From Isurus oxyrinchus (lineage: Eukaryota): a stretch of 64,000 nucleotides of DNA. Positions 51,851-64,000 of the stretch are shown here, piece after piece (the stretch's first letter is position 1; every line of letters begins with the position of its first letter). The position numbers and the translations under genes were made by a program. The stretch covers positions 3,844,001-3,908,000 of the forward strand of contig JANJGN010000035.1 in NCBI GenBank assembly GCA_026770705.1, given 5' to 3'. The notes beneath the pieces are model-generated. The model saw only the letters and a program-made list of their open reading frames with translations. It was not told the origin of the DNA and ran no database searches.

Positions 51851-53269
51851 TTTTCCATTTATAAAGGTCTTCTTCCGAAGGGTCCTGATTGTAAATAATA
51901 TATTTTTATTGTTCTCTTGGGCTCTAGCTTCAAGATTGGACCGTGGCTATAAAAACTACCATGGCTTATTGCATATAAGTCGGGGAGAGGGTGTTCTTTC
52001 GGGAAATCATGTCAATGCCTCAATCAATTCAGCCATGATCTTATTGAATGGTGCAGCATGTTAGAGGGGCAGAATGGACGGTACATTTTCCTATTTATTA
52101 CATCTTAAGATTTTAAGAGCTTTAATTGTAATCCTCGAACATTGCAATGTCCTTTAAAAACCAACCCCCTAGGCTCCAAGTCCACGTTTGCGAAGTATAT
52201 ATTTTGCATGTTGTTCTTGTTAAGAAAAATCAGGTTCACTGTCAACTTTCCATTTCCCACAGTGCTCATTTTTCAGCAATGCAGAGCAGTTCATTTCAGC
52301 AACACACGCTGGTGCCTAGGTGCCAATGAAACGGTCAATGGACGTCATTTCAAACTGAAATCAGCGACTGACATTGATCCAAGCGCTTCACATTAATTCT
52401 GTCAACAACAGCGATTGTTAAATTAGTTATGGCAATTATTGTGTATCCACGCGGCCATCAATCATGAAGGGTTTTTAATTGTCCCAATGTGCTGCCTGAC
52501 ATGTTGATTTCTTCCAGATATGTTTATGTCTTTATGTCAGCTTAGCATCTGCACTGTTTTGCTGATGTCTTGCCAATCTTTCTGCTTTTCCTTGATGTTG
52601 AATATTGTGGTGCAAGGAGTTCCGAGAGAAGAACAATGGTGAACAGAGAAAGAAAATGCTGGGAGACAAAAATGCGCCTCAGACACAGTCGCCACCTATC
52701 GTAGGGGTTCAGTGAACTGTAGCGACTCACAACCTCTCATTCCCAGAGCTTTGATCTATAACCTCATGGCACAATTGAAAGCAGTTCTGGGAAGTGCACC
52801 TGTAATTTGTTTCCAAACTGTTAAAAGCACATTCACAATTTTCAATTTCTTCAACAAACAAAGCAAGAACCACGCGCTCTTCACAGTTTTTGCATTTGCC
52901 ATGTGTCGTCTAAAAATCAAGACTTTTCCTGCATTGCTGGCAGAGACATTAAATTCAAAAGTTAACATAAGCGCATAAAAAACTAATTAATCAGAAGCAA
53001 GTCTCAAAATGTTAACGAAATGTTTTCTGCTGCCGAGAGCCTGATTTCATCGCTTTATCTGCTGATCTCGTTCAGTATTTGAATTTATGCGCACATAAAA
53101 GCTAATTTTGGGAAGGCGTTTAAATTGCTTGAAATTTGGAAAATATTGGGAAACATTTATTCTTTCTACATTATTTGTATCTACACTTTCAAGAAAATAA
53201 TTTTACCATCATTTCTCATGCCAGTTGGACTTTTGACCTTTTGGTGATATTTGGAGTGCGTTAGGACAA

Positions 53270-55150
53270 AGAAGAAAGAGAAGTACAGCACAGGAACAGG
53301 CCTTTCGGCCCACCAAGCTTGTGCCGATCATATTGCCTGTTAAACTAAAACATATTGCACTTCCGGGGTCCGTATCCCTCTATTCCCATCCTATTCATGT
53401 ATTTGTCAAATGCCTCTTAAACACCACTATCGTACCTGCTTCCGCCACCTCCTCTGGCAGCGAATTTCAGACACTCGCTACCTTCTGCATGAAAAAAAAT
53501 CCCCTGCACATCTCCTCTAAAGTTCTCTCCTCTCACCTTAAATCTATGCCCCCTAGTAATTAACTCTTCCATCCTGGGAAAAAGCTTCTGACTATCTTCA
53601 CTGTCCATGCAACTCATATATTTTAAACTTCTGTCAAGTCGCCCCTCAATCTCCGTCGCTCTAGTGAGAACAATCCGAGTTTCTCCAACCTCTCCTCATA
53701 GCTAATAACCTCCAGACCAGGCAGCATCCTGGTAAACCTCCTCTGCACCCTCTCCAAAGTCTACAAATCCTCCTGGTAATGTGCCGACTAGAATTGCTCG
53801 CAATATTTCAAGTGTGGCATTACCAAGGCTTTAGACATCTGCAGCATGGCTCCCCAGGCCTTATATTCAGTACCTCTGCCGATGAAGGCAAGCATGCCCT
53901 ATGTCTTCCTGAATGCCTTATCCACCTGCATTGCCACTTTCAATGACCTGTGGACCTGTAGACACAGATCCCTCTGTCCGTTGATGCACTTAAGGGTTCT
54001 GCCATTTACTGTATAATTAATACCTGTATTACACCTTCCAGAATCCATTACACAGAACAAAGAATACAGAGAGCAAAGAAAAAAGAAAAGTACAGCACAG
54101 TAAGAGGCCCGTTGGCCCTCCAAGCCTGTGCCGATCATATTGCCCATCAAGTAAATAATTTTTCAGTTCTGGGGTCCATATTCCTCTATTCTCATCCTAT
54201 TCATATATTTGCCAAGCTGCGTTTTAAAAGCCACTACCGTACCTGCTTCTACCACATTCTCTGGCAGCGAATTCCAGACACTCGCTACCCTTTGCATAAA
54301 AAACTAGCCCTGCACATCTCCTCTATAGTTTTCTCCTCTCACCTTAAATCTATGTACCCTTTTAATGCACTCTTCCACCCTGGGAAAAAGCTCCTCTCAT
54401 TTTTCCGGATTAAAGTACATCTTCCTTTATTCCGCCCACATCTCCAACCGATCTAAATCCCGTTGTATCCATTGACAATCCTCTTCACTATCTGCAGCTC
54501 ACCAACCTTAGTGTCGTCTGCAAACTTACTCGTTAGTCCAGTTACATTTTCCTCCAAAACATTTACGTATACTACAAATAGCAAAGGTCCCAGCACTGAT
54601 CCCTGAGGAACACTACTAGTCACAGCTCTCCATTCAGAAAAACACCCTTCCACTGCTACCCTCTGTATTCTATGACCATGGCAGTTCTGTATCCATCTTG
54701 CCAGCTCACCTCTGATCCCATGCGACTTTCGACTTTACCTTCTGTACCAGTCTGCCATGTGGGACGTTGTCAAAGGCCTTACTGAAATCCATGCAGATAA
54801 CATCTACTGCCCTTCCATCGTCGATCATCTTTGTCACTTCCTCAAAAAACTCGATCAATTTTGTGAGACACGACCTCCCCTTCACAAAACCATGCTGCCT
54901 CTCACTAATATGCCCATTTGCTTCCAAATGGTAGTAAGTACTGTCACGAAGGAACTTCTCAATAGTTTCCCTACCGCAGACGTAAGGCTCACCGTCCTGT
55001 AATTTCTTGGAATATCCCTGCTACCCTTCTTAAACAATGGAACAACATTGGCCATTCTCCAGCCCTCTGGGACCTCACCTGTAGCCAGTGAGGATACAAA
55101 GATTTCTCTCAAGGCGCCTACGATCTCCTCCATTTCTTCCCTCAGTACTC
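53270..55150 (-). mobile_element. CR1 LINE with nested CR1 3' end; paralog of 21190-23045, truncated by a ~5-kb deletion
   Basis: VPQGSVLGPLLF, SKFADDTKVG. The junction at ~55150 jumps to sequence homologous to ~28015. Confidence 0.85.
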
Positions 55151-55345
55151 TGTAGTTTTTGGAGCTGGAACTGGAGGAGGATAAATGGGGTGCATTGCAT
55201 TATAGGCGAGGGTGAATTTGGACAGCCAAAGCTCCAAAACGTATGCAAAGGGAAAATGTGGGCGGGTAACAGTAAGGGGTCATGTGGATTGGTATTGGGT
55301 CGGGTCTCTGAGTTGGTTTATGTATGATAATTACGGGGTGCTGTC

Positions 55346-55630
55346 ATGTGGGAGGGATAATTGGTAGGGGGGAAGTAGACACAATGTGGGAGGGATAATT
55401 GGTAGGGGGGAAGTAGACACAATGTGGGAGGGATAATTGGTAGAGGGGGAAGTAGACACAATGTGGGAGGGATAATTGGTAGGGGGGAAGTAGACACAAT
55501 GTGGGAGGGATAATTGGTAGGGGGGAAGTAGACACAATGTGGGAGGGATAATTGGTAGGGGGGAAGTAGACACAATGTGGGAGGGATAATTGGTAGGGGG
55601 GAAGTAGACACAATGTGGGAGGGATAATTG
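55346..55630 (+). repeat. 38-bp minisatellite, 7 full copies plus a partial
   Basis: Unit atgtgggagggataattggtaggggggaagtagacaca starts at 55346, 55384, 55422, 55461, 55499, 55537, 55575 and 55613 (one 39-bp variant). Confidence 0.97.
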
Positions 55631-58507
55631 AGTGTATGCAGTGGGTGAAAAGACGGATGATTAATGGTACTAGAGTAACAAAGGGAGAGACATAATGGTA
55701 AAAGTGTGATGGGTATTGGGGAGAGGTAATGGAGAGCAGCATTCTGCATTATATTTGTGGAAGAGGAATCAGGGAGTTTTGGGTGGGGTTAATGAGGTAT
55801 TGGGAAGGGACCGTGGGGGAGCAGAATGAGGTAATTGAAGTGTACTAGGGAATGGGGAGGGGAGAAGGTAAGGTGCAGGGAAAAATAAGAAAGTGTAACT
55901 GTGAAAGGGGAGGCAAGTGGTAATGAGAAGTGGTAGTGGGAGGGGGAAGGTGAAAGGTAACGCAGAGGTGTGATGGTTTGGGATAATCTAGGTAGTGCAA
56001 CGGTTGAAGATATGTGGGGATTGATAGGTTGGTGGTGCAATAGGGAGAGGGAGTGCGAAGTCTGAGCGGGGAGGCAAAAAGATGTGGAGGAACCTGGGTC
56101 GAAATGAGGAGGAGAGGGGAGGGGTAATGTGAAAGAGGTAATGGGGACTGGCGAATAAAATGTTTAATAAGGAGGATAAATGTGTTGGCGCATCGGGAAA
56201 GGAGGCTACTGAAGTGTTTCAGGGAAGGTAATGAGGAGTGATGATGGGGGCCAGAGAGAGGAAAGTAACAGGGTGGGGAAAAGAGGAGGGCATGGTAAAG
56301 GCCTATGAGTAGGGTGGATTAATGTTGGTGGAAAACCAGGATTGTTAATGGGGTACGGACAATGTGGAAGTGGGATATGGAAGGAAATGTGCAAAGCGGT
56401 AAATGGACAACGACAATGAGCAAGAGTAATGAGATTGGTGTATTCCAGGAGGGGTAATGGGTGAGGGAAAATGTGGAGTGGTGGCTGGAGCAGGAATGGA
56501 GCTTTATAATGGGGGAGCAATGGGAGAAGTATAATGGTGATGTATAATGATGGATGGATAATTGGAGAGCATAGAGTGAGAGGTAATGTAGAGTTGGAAT
56601 GGGAATTGTGAAGTGGTGGGGACCAGTCAATATCATGGACTAATAAAGAGGGGAATTGGGAGGGATATTGGGTAAGATTAAATGAAACTGGGACGGGTGA
56701 TGTGATAATAGAACTTATAATGGATTTGAGAACTGGATAATGCTAATGGGAATGGGAGATTAGGGAATGATAAGTGTGAGGGAATTCTGAAAAGGAATGC
56801 AAAGTGTGAGGCATAATCAGGAGAGGTAATAGGGAGGTCTTATTTTTACGAGGTTGTATTCGCCCTAGGATTCTGCTATTGTGAATTACCAATGATACTG
56901 CTAAAGTGAGACTCAGCGACACAATTAAGAGTATGCCCATACAGGATCAGATTGGACAGATTAATGTTAGCGCTAGGTATTGATACCATTCCCTGCACTG
57001 TGTTGGGTCTAAAGTACGCAAATTATCTTCATTTTCCTGTTTAATTTGTTTGTGCTGCTATCTCAATAGATATCCTTGCAATAGGCAATACCCAGTTGAA
57101 ACTCACTGAAGTAGTAGTGTTTCAGGAGTACAATTAATGGTGTTGCCCAACATATCGCAAATGTCCCTTATCATGTTGTCACCGAAGATGAGAGACTTGT
57201 TCTTATGGACGGCTTCAATTTCAATTTTTCGTCTTCTCAGGGTAAACGGGAAGAGGTATTTCCTAAATGTGAACTCCTCCATTCCCAGATACCGCTCCAA
57301 TAACCAGCTTTCAACAAAAATGAGAAGCAGTTGAAAATGCGACTTATAGCACACATGCATTTGCAGAATACAGAATGTCTTCTCCAATTTTAACATGCAG
57401 CATGAATGTCTGGTGGCTTCATGAGGCCTCAAGACCAATCCAGTCAGAATGTTCTGTCAGCCTGACAATGGGACTGGGAATGTTATCCTTAACAAGCACA
57501 ACTGTACTGAAATGCGTGATGTTCCTAATGACGGGTTCCAATTTTCATCCATTCGACTGGCTGGCCAACATGACATACGGCCCTGCTGGAGATGAAGTTA
57601 CCACCAAGACTTGTTAGACTGATGTAAGAATAATCGAGTATCTTGCGGTGTATATGATATGAGTTCTCCTCAAGATTCGCTAAATCAATGCTTATTTGGG
57701 CTGCCTTAGACACGTCAAAGCGATGCCCCTTAATGACCTACCTGATCTATGACTGGTTCTGCACCGCATGAATTGGCTAAATGGTTGAGCGAGCTGCTAT
57801 AACCAGTTCTGAAGGAGTTTTCCAAATATACAGTGAAGGTTTCCTTCAATTTTGTGAGATACATATGCATAGCAAAGCCATGTTGATGTGTTCATTCCAC
57901 ATTGCCAGCCTAGTCACTGATGTGCCAGGGAAAAATAGCCATAGGCGTTTGCACTATCTCCAAATATCATGGTGATCACGCCACTATTGTCTGATGCTGG
58001 TTTAACTGAACTTATGAATTTAGCAACCCACATAGTTTGGCTCAGCATTAAAACTATTTACTCCCAAAGAGATCGTGTTTCCATGGGATTCCCATTTCAT
58101 CAGTTTCGAGGAGAAGCATATTTTCAAAAGTCAACTTTTAGGCCTTGCATGTTTTCAGTACATGGCCAATACATTTGTTATTTTTGAATCAGCAACTGTA
58201 TGTACGAATTTCCATACACACCAAATGTAGTCGGACGTCTTTTCTGAATTAAAATAAAACTTTTGGGGCAATAGTTCTCTTGTGCATTCTCCCCCGGGTC
58301 TGCGTGTCGACCAGTCAGAATCCACATGCCAAATATTCAGCACCTTGTTTTTAATGCAATGTAAATCGTAGTTCTGTTCAAAACTTGAAATCCTTGCATA
58401 TTTCCTCATCAGTGCATCGTGAAAAGATTCGACAACATTTCTGTTTTTTTCAGAAATACTTCAGCTCTTTACCACCAAGCTCTACATTTACGTTTGAGTT
58501 TACAGAT

Positions 58508-59580
58508 TAGAACAAAGAACACAGAAAACCACAGTACAGGAACAGGCTCTTCGGCCCTCCAAGCCTGCGCCAACCATATTGCCCGTCAACTAAAACATGT
58601 TGCACTTCCGGGGTCCATATCCTTCTATTCCCATCCTATTCATGTATTTGTCAAGCTGCCTCTTAAACACCACTATCGTACCTGCTTCCGCCACCTCCTC
58701 TGACAGCGAATTCCAGACACTCACTACCCTCTGCATAAAAAAACTTGCCCTGCACATCTCCTCTAAAGTTTTCTCCTCTCACCTTAAATCTATGTCCCCT
58801 AGTAATTGACTCTTCCACCCTGGGAAAAAGCTTCTGATTATCTACTCTGTCCCTGCCACTCATAATTTTGTAAACTTCTATCAAGTCACCCCTCAATTTC
58901 CATCGCTCTAGTGAGAACAATCCGAGTTTCTCCAAACTCTCCTCATAGTAATAACCTCCAGACCAGGCAGCATCCTCGTAAACCTCCACTGCACCCTCTC
59001 CAACGCCCTCATATCTTTTTGGTCATGTGGCTAATAGAATTGCACACAATATTCCAAGTGTGGCCTAATCAAGGATCTCTACAGCTGCAGCATGACTTCC
59101 CAACTTTTATACTCAATACCCCTGCCAATGAAGGCAAGCATACCATAAGCCTTCCTGACTACCTTATCCACCTGCGTTGCCACGTTCAGTGAGCTGTGGA
59201 CCTGTACACTCAGATCCCTCTGCCCATCAATGCACTTAAGGGTTCTGCCATTTACTGTATAATTCCTGCCTGTATTATAACTTCCAAAATACATTACCTC
59301 GCGTTTATCCGGATTAAACTCCATCTGCCATTTCTCCACCCAAGTCATCAACCGATCTATATCCCGTTGTATCCTTTGACAATCCTCTTCACTATATGCA
59401 ACTCCTCCAACCTTAGTGTCGTTTGCAAACTTACTAATTAGCCCAGTTACATTTTCCTCCAAATCATTTATGTATACTTTAAACAGCAAAGGTCCCAGCA
59501 CTGATCCCTGCGGAACTCCACTAGTCACAGCACTCCATTCAGAAAAGCACCCTTTCGCTGCTACCCTCTGTCTTCTATGA
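58508..59580 (-). mobile_element. 5'-truncated CR1 LINE present only in unit B
   Basis: VTSGVPQGSVLGPLLF...SKFANDTKVG. Absent at the paralogous site ~31175. Confidence 0.88.
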
Positions 59581-62519
59581 CTTAACTTCAATGATATACA
59601 CAGTATCCATAAAATTCATCCTAAGGTTATCTCTAACACAAATTCCAAAGCATAACTGTAGCCCTAATCCTTTGCATTCCAGATGCAGTTTGTATTCCAG
59701 ATACAGTTAGGTCTGGACTGAGAGTAGCAGTTAGGATTAGTTTCCATATAAGTGCTAGATTTGATATTAAGGTTAGTGATAGGGCTATGATTAGAGTTAG
59801 GGTTAGTTACATTTAGTTGTATGCTGAGTTAGGATTTGGATTCGGTGTATTTTGACAATTAGGGCAAAAGCTAACTTTAAAGTTTGTGTTTTTGATCATT
59901 GAACATTGATGCATAGCTTTAGGGTTAAAGATTGGTTTTGGGTTAAGGTAACGTTAGAGATAAACTTGGTTTGAAGATTCAATATAGAATGTTTTAAAAG
60001 TTGCACAAAGCTTTCTAGTTAAGTTATGTTTTCAGACCACATTTAGTTTTATAGATGCAATTGCAGTTAGAATGAGAGTCACTGGAATGTTTAGAACTAA
60101 GGTTGTAATGGTGTTAAGATTCTATTTATGTTACGTTTTAGGGTTTCAGTAAGCATTAGGATTAGAGCTACAGTTATGCTTTGGAATTGGTGTTAGAGTA
60201 AAGATTAGGGTGAATTTTATGGATACTGTGCTTATCGTTGAAGTTAGTTTGAATGTTTAACTTTAGGGCTAATGATTCATGTTCAGTGGAGGTTAGCTTT
60301 AGGGTTGGATCTAATAAGCTGAATAGGCTGTCAATGCTGGTGAAATTAAAATTGGGAATGTGCAAATGTCCAAATTATATCAGCACAGATATCTGTTGAT
60401 TTGTGAACGAGGTTAAAGGTATTGGAAAGATTGTAGGTGCTGAAGGAATATACAGTGATAGCGAAGGTTGCGGTAGATGATGATGGAAAGAGGGGGTGGG
60501 GATGCTGGCCATAGAGGAATTTTCAAATAAGGATGGATCTTGTAAAATCAGAGTGTTTGTCAATTAACCAAGGTAGCTTAGCGCGAATTTGGATGACTAA
60601 CGAACTGGACATGGTACAAGAAATGGCATGGAGAGCAGCCTCTTGGATGGCTTCAAGTTTTGGAGGGTAAAATGTGGTACTTTGTTATGGTATGTTTTGA
60701 AATGTCAAGTTCAGAGGAACAGAAAGGCAAGCATTGAGTTTCAAAAGAAGGTAATCTTAGACGGGGGAATATTCAGGTAATGTTAGTGATGTGCAAGTAG
60801 ATGGTCTTAGTGTTGTTATGGGTCACTGCCGCTGCGAAATTTAATGGACAGAAACATCCAGCAGCTCTTAGTCTGGCATGGCAATGTGCTCAAAGATTCA
60901 TGTCGAGGTCAAATATGATGGCAAGCCTCTGAGCACTCGGTTTCAGCCTCAGGTTGTTTCTAAGTAGAAGAGTGGTTTTGGAGTCTGGTGAATAGTGCTT
61001 GTGGCGGGGTTCACAGATAATGATGTCCAGCTTCCCAAACATCAGTCAATGAATATTTCTATCATACTGCATGGGATGGCAGAGAAACAGATTGATGAGT
61101 GATTTGGAGGATGGTGGAAAAGCACTGGAGGAGAACTGCATAATCAGCCATGGCACACGTGTCCAGACCTAAGGGGAGGGAGAATTCCACATGTCACTGT
61201 CACTTCGGATGCCATTTAAGACTTTAGTGAGAAGTTGTTCGGGACATGAGATGCAGCCATTTAAATCATGGAATACAAATAGGCAATTCCCTGAAAGATT
61301 GACATGGGGTTTGGGACGTGACAGCACTTTCATTGACTTTGGAAAGAAAACGAATTTTGGAGGTGGGGTGATCGTTTTCAGGCACAAAGTGGTTAAGTTT
61401 CTTTTTAAAGAGAGGGGTGAAGACTGCAGAGTTAACAGGGAAATGCTCAGAAACTTAAGAAAAATTGGAAGCTTAGATGAAAATATATTGTGTGAGATCT
61501 GCATAATGTGACAACGTCCATCTTGGGTTATAAAAGATACCTGCGGAGACAGTGGGTGCACTGATTCAGATTTTGCAAAATTCCTTACGTCAGTGCACAC
61601 TGGGAGTGAGCAAACATTACATCACTTCTGCAGTCAGGAGGTGGATGGACACAGGCCAATTTTCCTTGACATCGAGCAAATGCTGTATTGTTAAGGAAGT
61701 CTTGATTAATTTTGCAAACCATGGTATGATCAAATAAAGTCAACGTGGTTTATTAAATCATGTTGACAAAATTATTGGCATTTTAAGAATGTACAAGAAA
61801 GAGGCCTCACTACAACTGTAAACAGATTGGCTAAGGCCAAAGCTAGAATGCTGAGCACATTTTTGTCTCCATATTTAGTCAGAGTTATCATTGCATTGCA
61901 GGTGGTCCCACGAAGCATTCCTAAAATGCTCTCTGGGAAGCAATTAAAGCCGTGATTTAATTGGGACTCCACTCTTTGGAAAAACGAGAAGCGCTCCTCT
62001 ATAAGCACATACCATTTTGAAGGGAAAAATACTGAAATGCTGTTCACCAAGCTGACACTGCGAGAAAATGGGAGAATCAGCAAGGCGTAACCTTGTACCC
62101 CAGCATGTTCTGGCACGAGAATGACGAGTAATAATGGGACAACACACAAATTGGAAATTACCGAGCAATGATTTCACTAAGTTTTAATCCCACAATACAC
62201 GCTTTACAATACACTGGTTCATCACAAACACATAATCATAAATCATTATTTTGCTCATCCATAGAGTTGTCAATTCCCTGCAAGTCCTGCTCTTCAGTAG
62301 TAGAGGAAACTAGTCTGACTAAAGGTTGAGTGAGGCATTCTAATTATTTTTATTCCCTTTATTTCAAGGTGGAATATTGTTTCAATGACAACATTGACCG
62401 GCCTCTTCAAATAAAACTTCAGCTATGATTGTCGAATGAGGTATCCATTTATTTGTTTAATTATGATATGAGGTGCCCATTAATGCTTTCATTTGCATTT
62501 CGCGGGAGCCTATCCGACA

Positions 62520-62730
62520 GGCAATGGGCACTCGGCGGAGTGCGCCCAGCACAAGACCGGGCTCTCCCTCATAAACACACACACGAGGGGAGCAATTCAC
62601 CATAACCAACAGGAAGCCTGAGCACCCGGCGGAAACCCACGCAGACATCGGGAGAAACTCAACACTAACGTATACCAGAGGTCAGACTCCAACCTGGGTC
62701 CCAGGTGCTGTCAGGCAGCAGCTCCCTAAA
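62520..62730 (-). mobile_element. V-SINE / HE1-like tRNA-derived SINE
   Basis: gagcacccggcggaaacccacgcagac (V-domain) and aacctgggtcccaggtgctgtcaggcagc (antisense tRNA-like head). Confidence 0.7.
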
Positions 62731-63036
62731 CTTTAGCTTTTATCTTTGATACTCTGAGCTCTTTCCTTCCAACGTGCCTCCCCACTCTCATGCCATCCCC
62801 CCTCCCCACCACCATCGCCCCCACCCCCCCCGCAGCGTGTCACAGTTATTGGACATTTGTCATGTTTGCCCCTATGGAAATAACATCGAGTCTCAGAATG
62901 GTAGCTGTTCCCCCTCCTCCTATATTGTTTGATTCTAAATCTCCAGCCATTCATGGCATCATTAATTTAATGGACACCTGAGGACAAGTGTCACATTCTT
63001 GATTTGGAAATGCTGGCAGCCACACCTTGGCTGGTC

Positions 63037-63932
63037 TCAGTCTTTTTGTTTGTTAATTAACCAAATAAATGATGTTACCGGATATTTCACAGCTCTCTTG
63101 ATCTCTGCCCTGAACTTGGACTGGGTCGCCCCATAAATAAATGTATTTGTGCAGCAGTTTAAATTTCGCAGCATAAACCCGACTTGTTCAAAGATATAAA
63201 AAGAATCTTCATCCAGGTGGCTAGCAACATCAAAGAAATATAAAACAAATACCGCCCAGAGGAGGATAAAACTGCCAGATATCGTGAAAAGTAACACCGC
63301 TGACTTCCGTCTGTTCTCCATCTCTGGGTCACCGCGATTCTCTGACTTGCATTGACCCCTCAGAACCTTCCGGACCCGACTAGCCACTAAAATGTGTCTG
63401 ACTGTCAGAGTGTTGAGTAACAGAATTAAGACGAATGGGAGCAGTGGTGTTAACACTGTACCAAACCACTTAAACGTCAACCAGCCCAAGTTAGTGAAAT
63501 AGCTGGGTTTTCTAACACAGAGCCACGGCAGATTTCCAATTATAAATCTAGGATTATAAGTAAAATAGGAGGGAACATTTTTTAAACAGAGAAGAATGCC
63601 GGTTGTTGCCAGGACCAAAGCCGCAGTTCTTGCTGTGCAATATTTAGTTCTCAACTTCTGACAACAAATGGCCACAAATCGATCAAAGGAGAAGGTGACA
63701 GTGAACCAAACAGAAATGTCTCTGGCTGCACTTCTCAGGACAGTATTCACACGACACACATGGGTGAGGTCTAGGAAACACACTGGGAAATAATACCAAC
63801 TGATCTGATTCAGTATAACTTCGGTGATAATAACCAGTATATCCGCCATTGCCATGGCCACCAGGTAGCGAGTGGTGCCGGTGGAGAGGCCACACCTTCC
63901 CCGGGACAGGATCACAACCGTCACTAAATTTA
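63037..63932 (-). CDS. Class A GPCR, GPR139/GPR142-like, copy 3, exon 2 (intact; exon 1 beyond the window)
   Basis: Acceptor cttgcag|TAAATTTAGTG. Open frame to TGA with YLVAMAMADIL (TM2), FSFDRFVAIC (DRF), TPLLPF (TM5), FILLW (TM6), NCCTNTFIY (TM7) and QSKFR (helix 8). Confidence 0.92.
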
Positions 63933-64000
63933 CTGCAAGTGAGAGAGATAAGAGAAATGAGACTAGAAATTACTGATCAAAGATTCTCGGTCTCTGAGTT

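Noticed and set aside
55318-55749. Repetitive Pro/Cys-rich ORFs, or a CRISPR-like array
   Set aside because: Translation of a head-to-tail 38-bp minisatellite; there are no unique spacers.
63683-63895. Alternative-frame ORF inside the GPCR
   Set aside because: Shadow ORF with no independent support.

Overview
Vertebrate DNA, most likely cartilaginous fish (shark-type CR1, Penelope-like and V-SINE repeats; the organism is inferred). The window is a tandem array of ~30-kb units. Each unit carries a minus-strand, two-exon class A GPCR of the GPR139/GPR142-like type. Copy 1 (exon 2 2701-3341, exon 1 12620-12686) and copy 2 (33873-34767) are pseudogenes. Copy 3 (exon 2 63037-63932) is intact; its exon 1 lies beyond the window. 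Most of the rest is retroelement debris. The most notable structures are: (i) a young Penelope-like element (PLE) at 1-2700 inserted into the GPCR copy 1 tail, with pseudo-LTRs (pLTRs) carrying minimal hammerhead ribozymes with an atypical CUGUCGA core; (ii) two tiny TSD-flanked insertions built only from that pLTR, one solo (124 bp) and one fold-back (228 bp); (iii) several templated or inverted breakpoint junctions and evidence for a collapsed extra unit; (iv) a newly expanded 38-bp G-rich minisatellite, degenerate TTAGGG-like tracts, and a cryptic exon with a C-type-lectin-like signature. Coordinates of old repeats are approximate. No searches or alignments were run; all comparisons are by eye.
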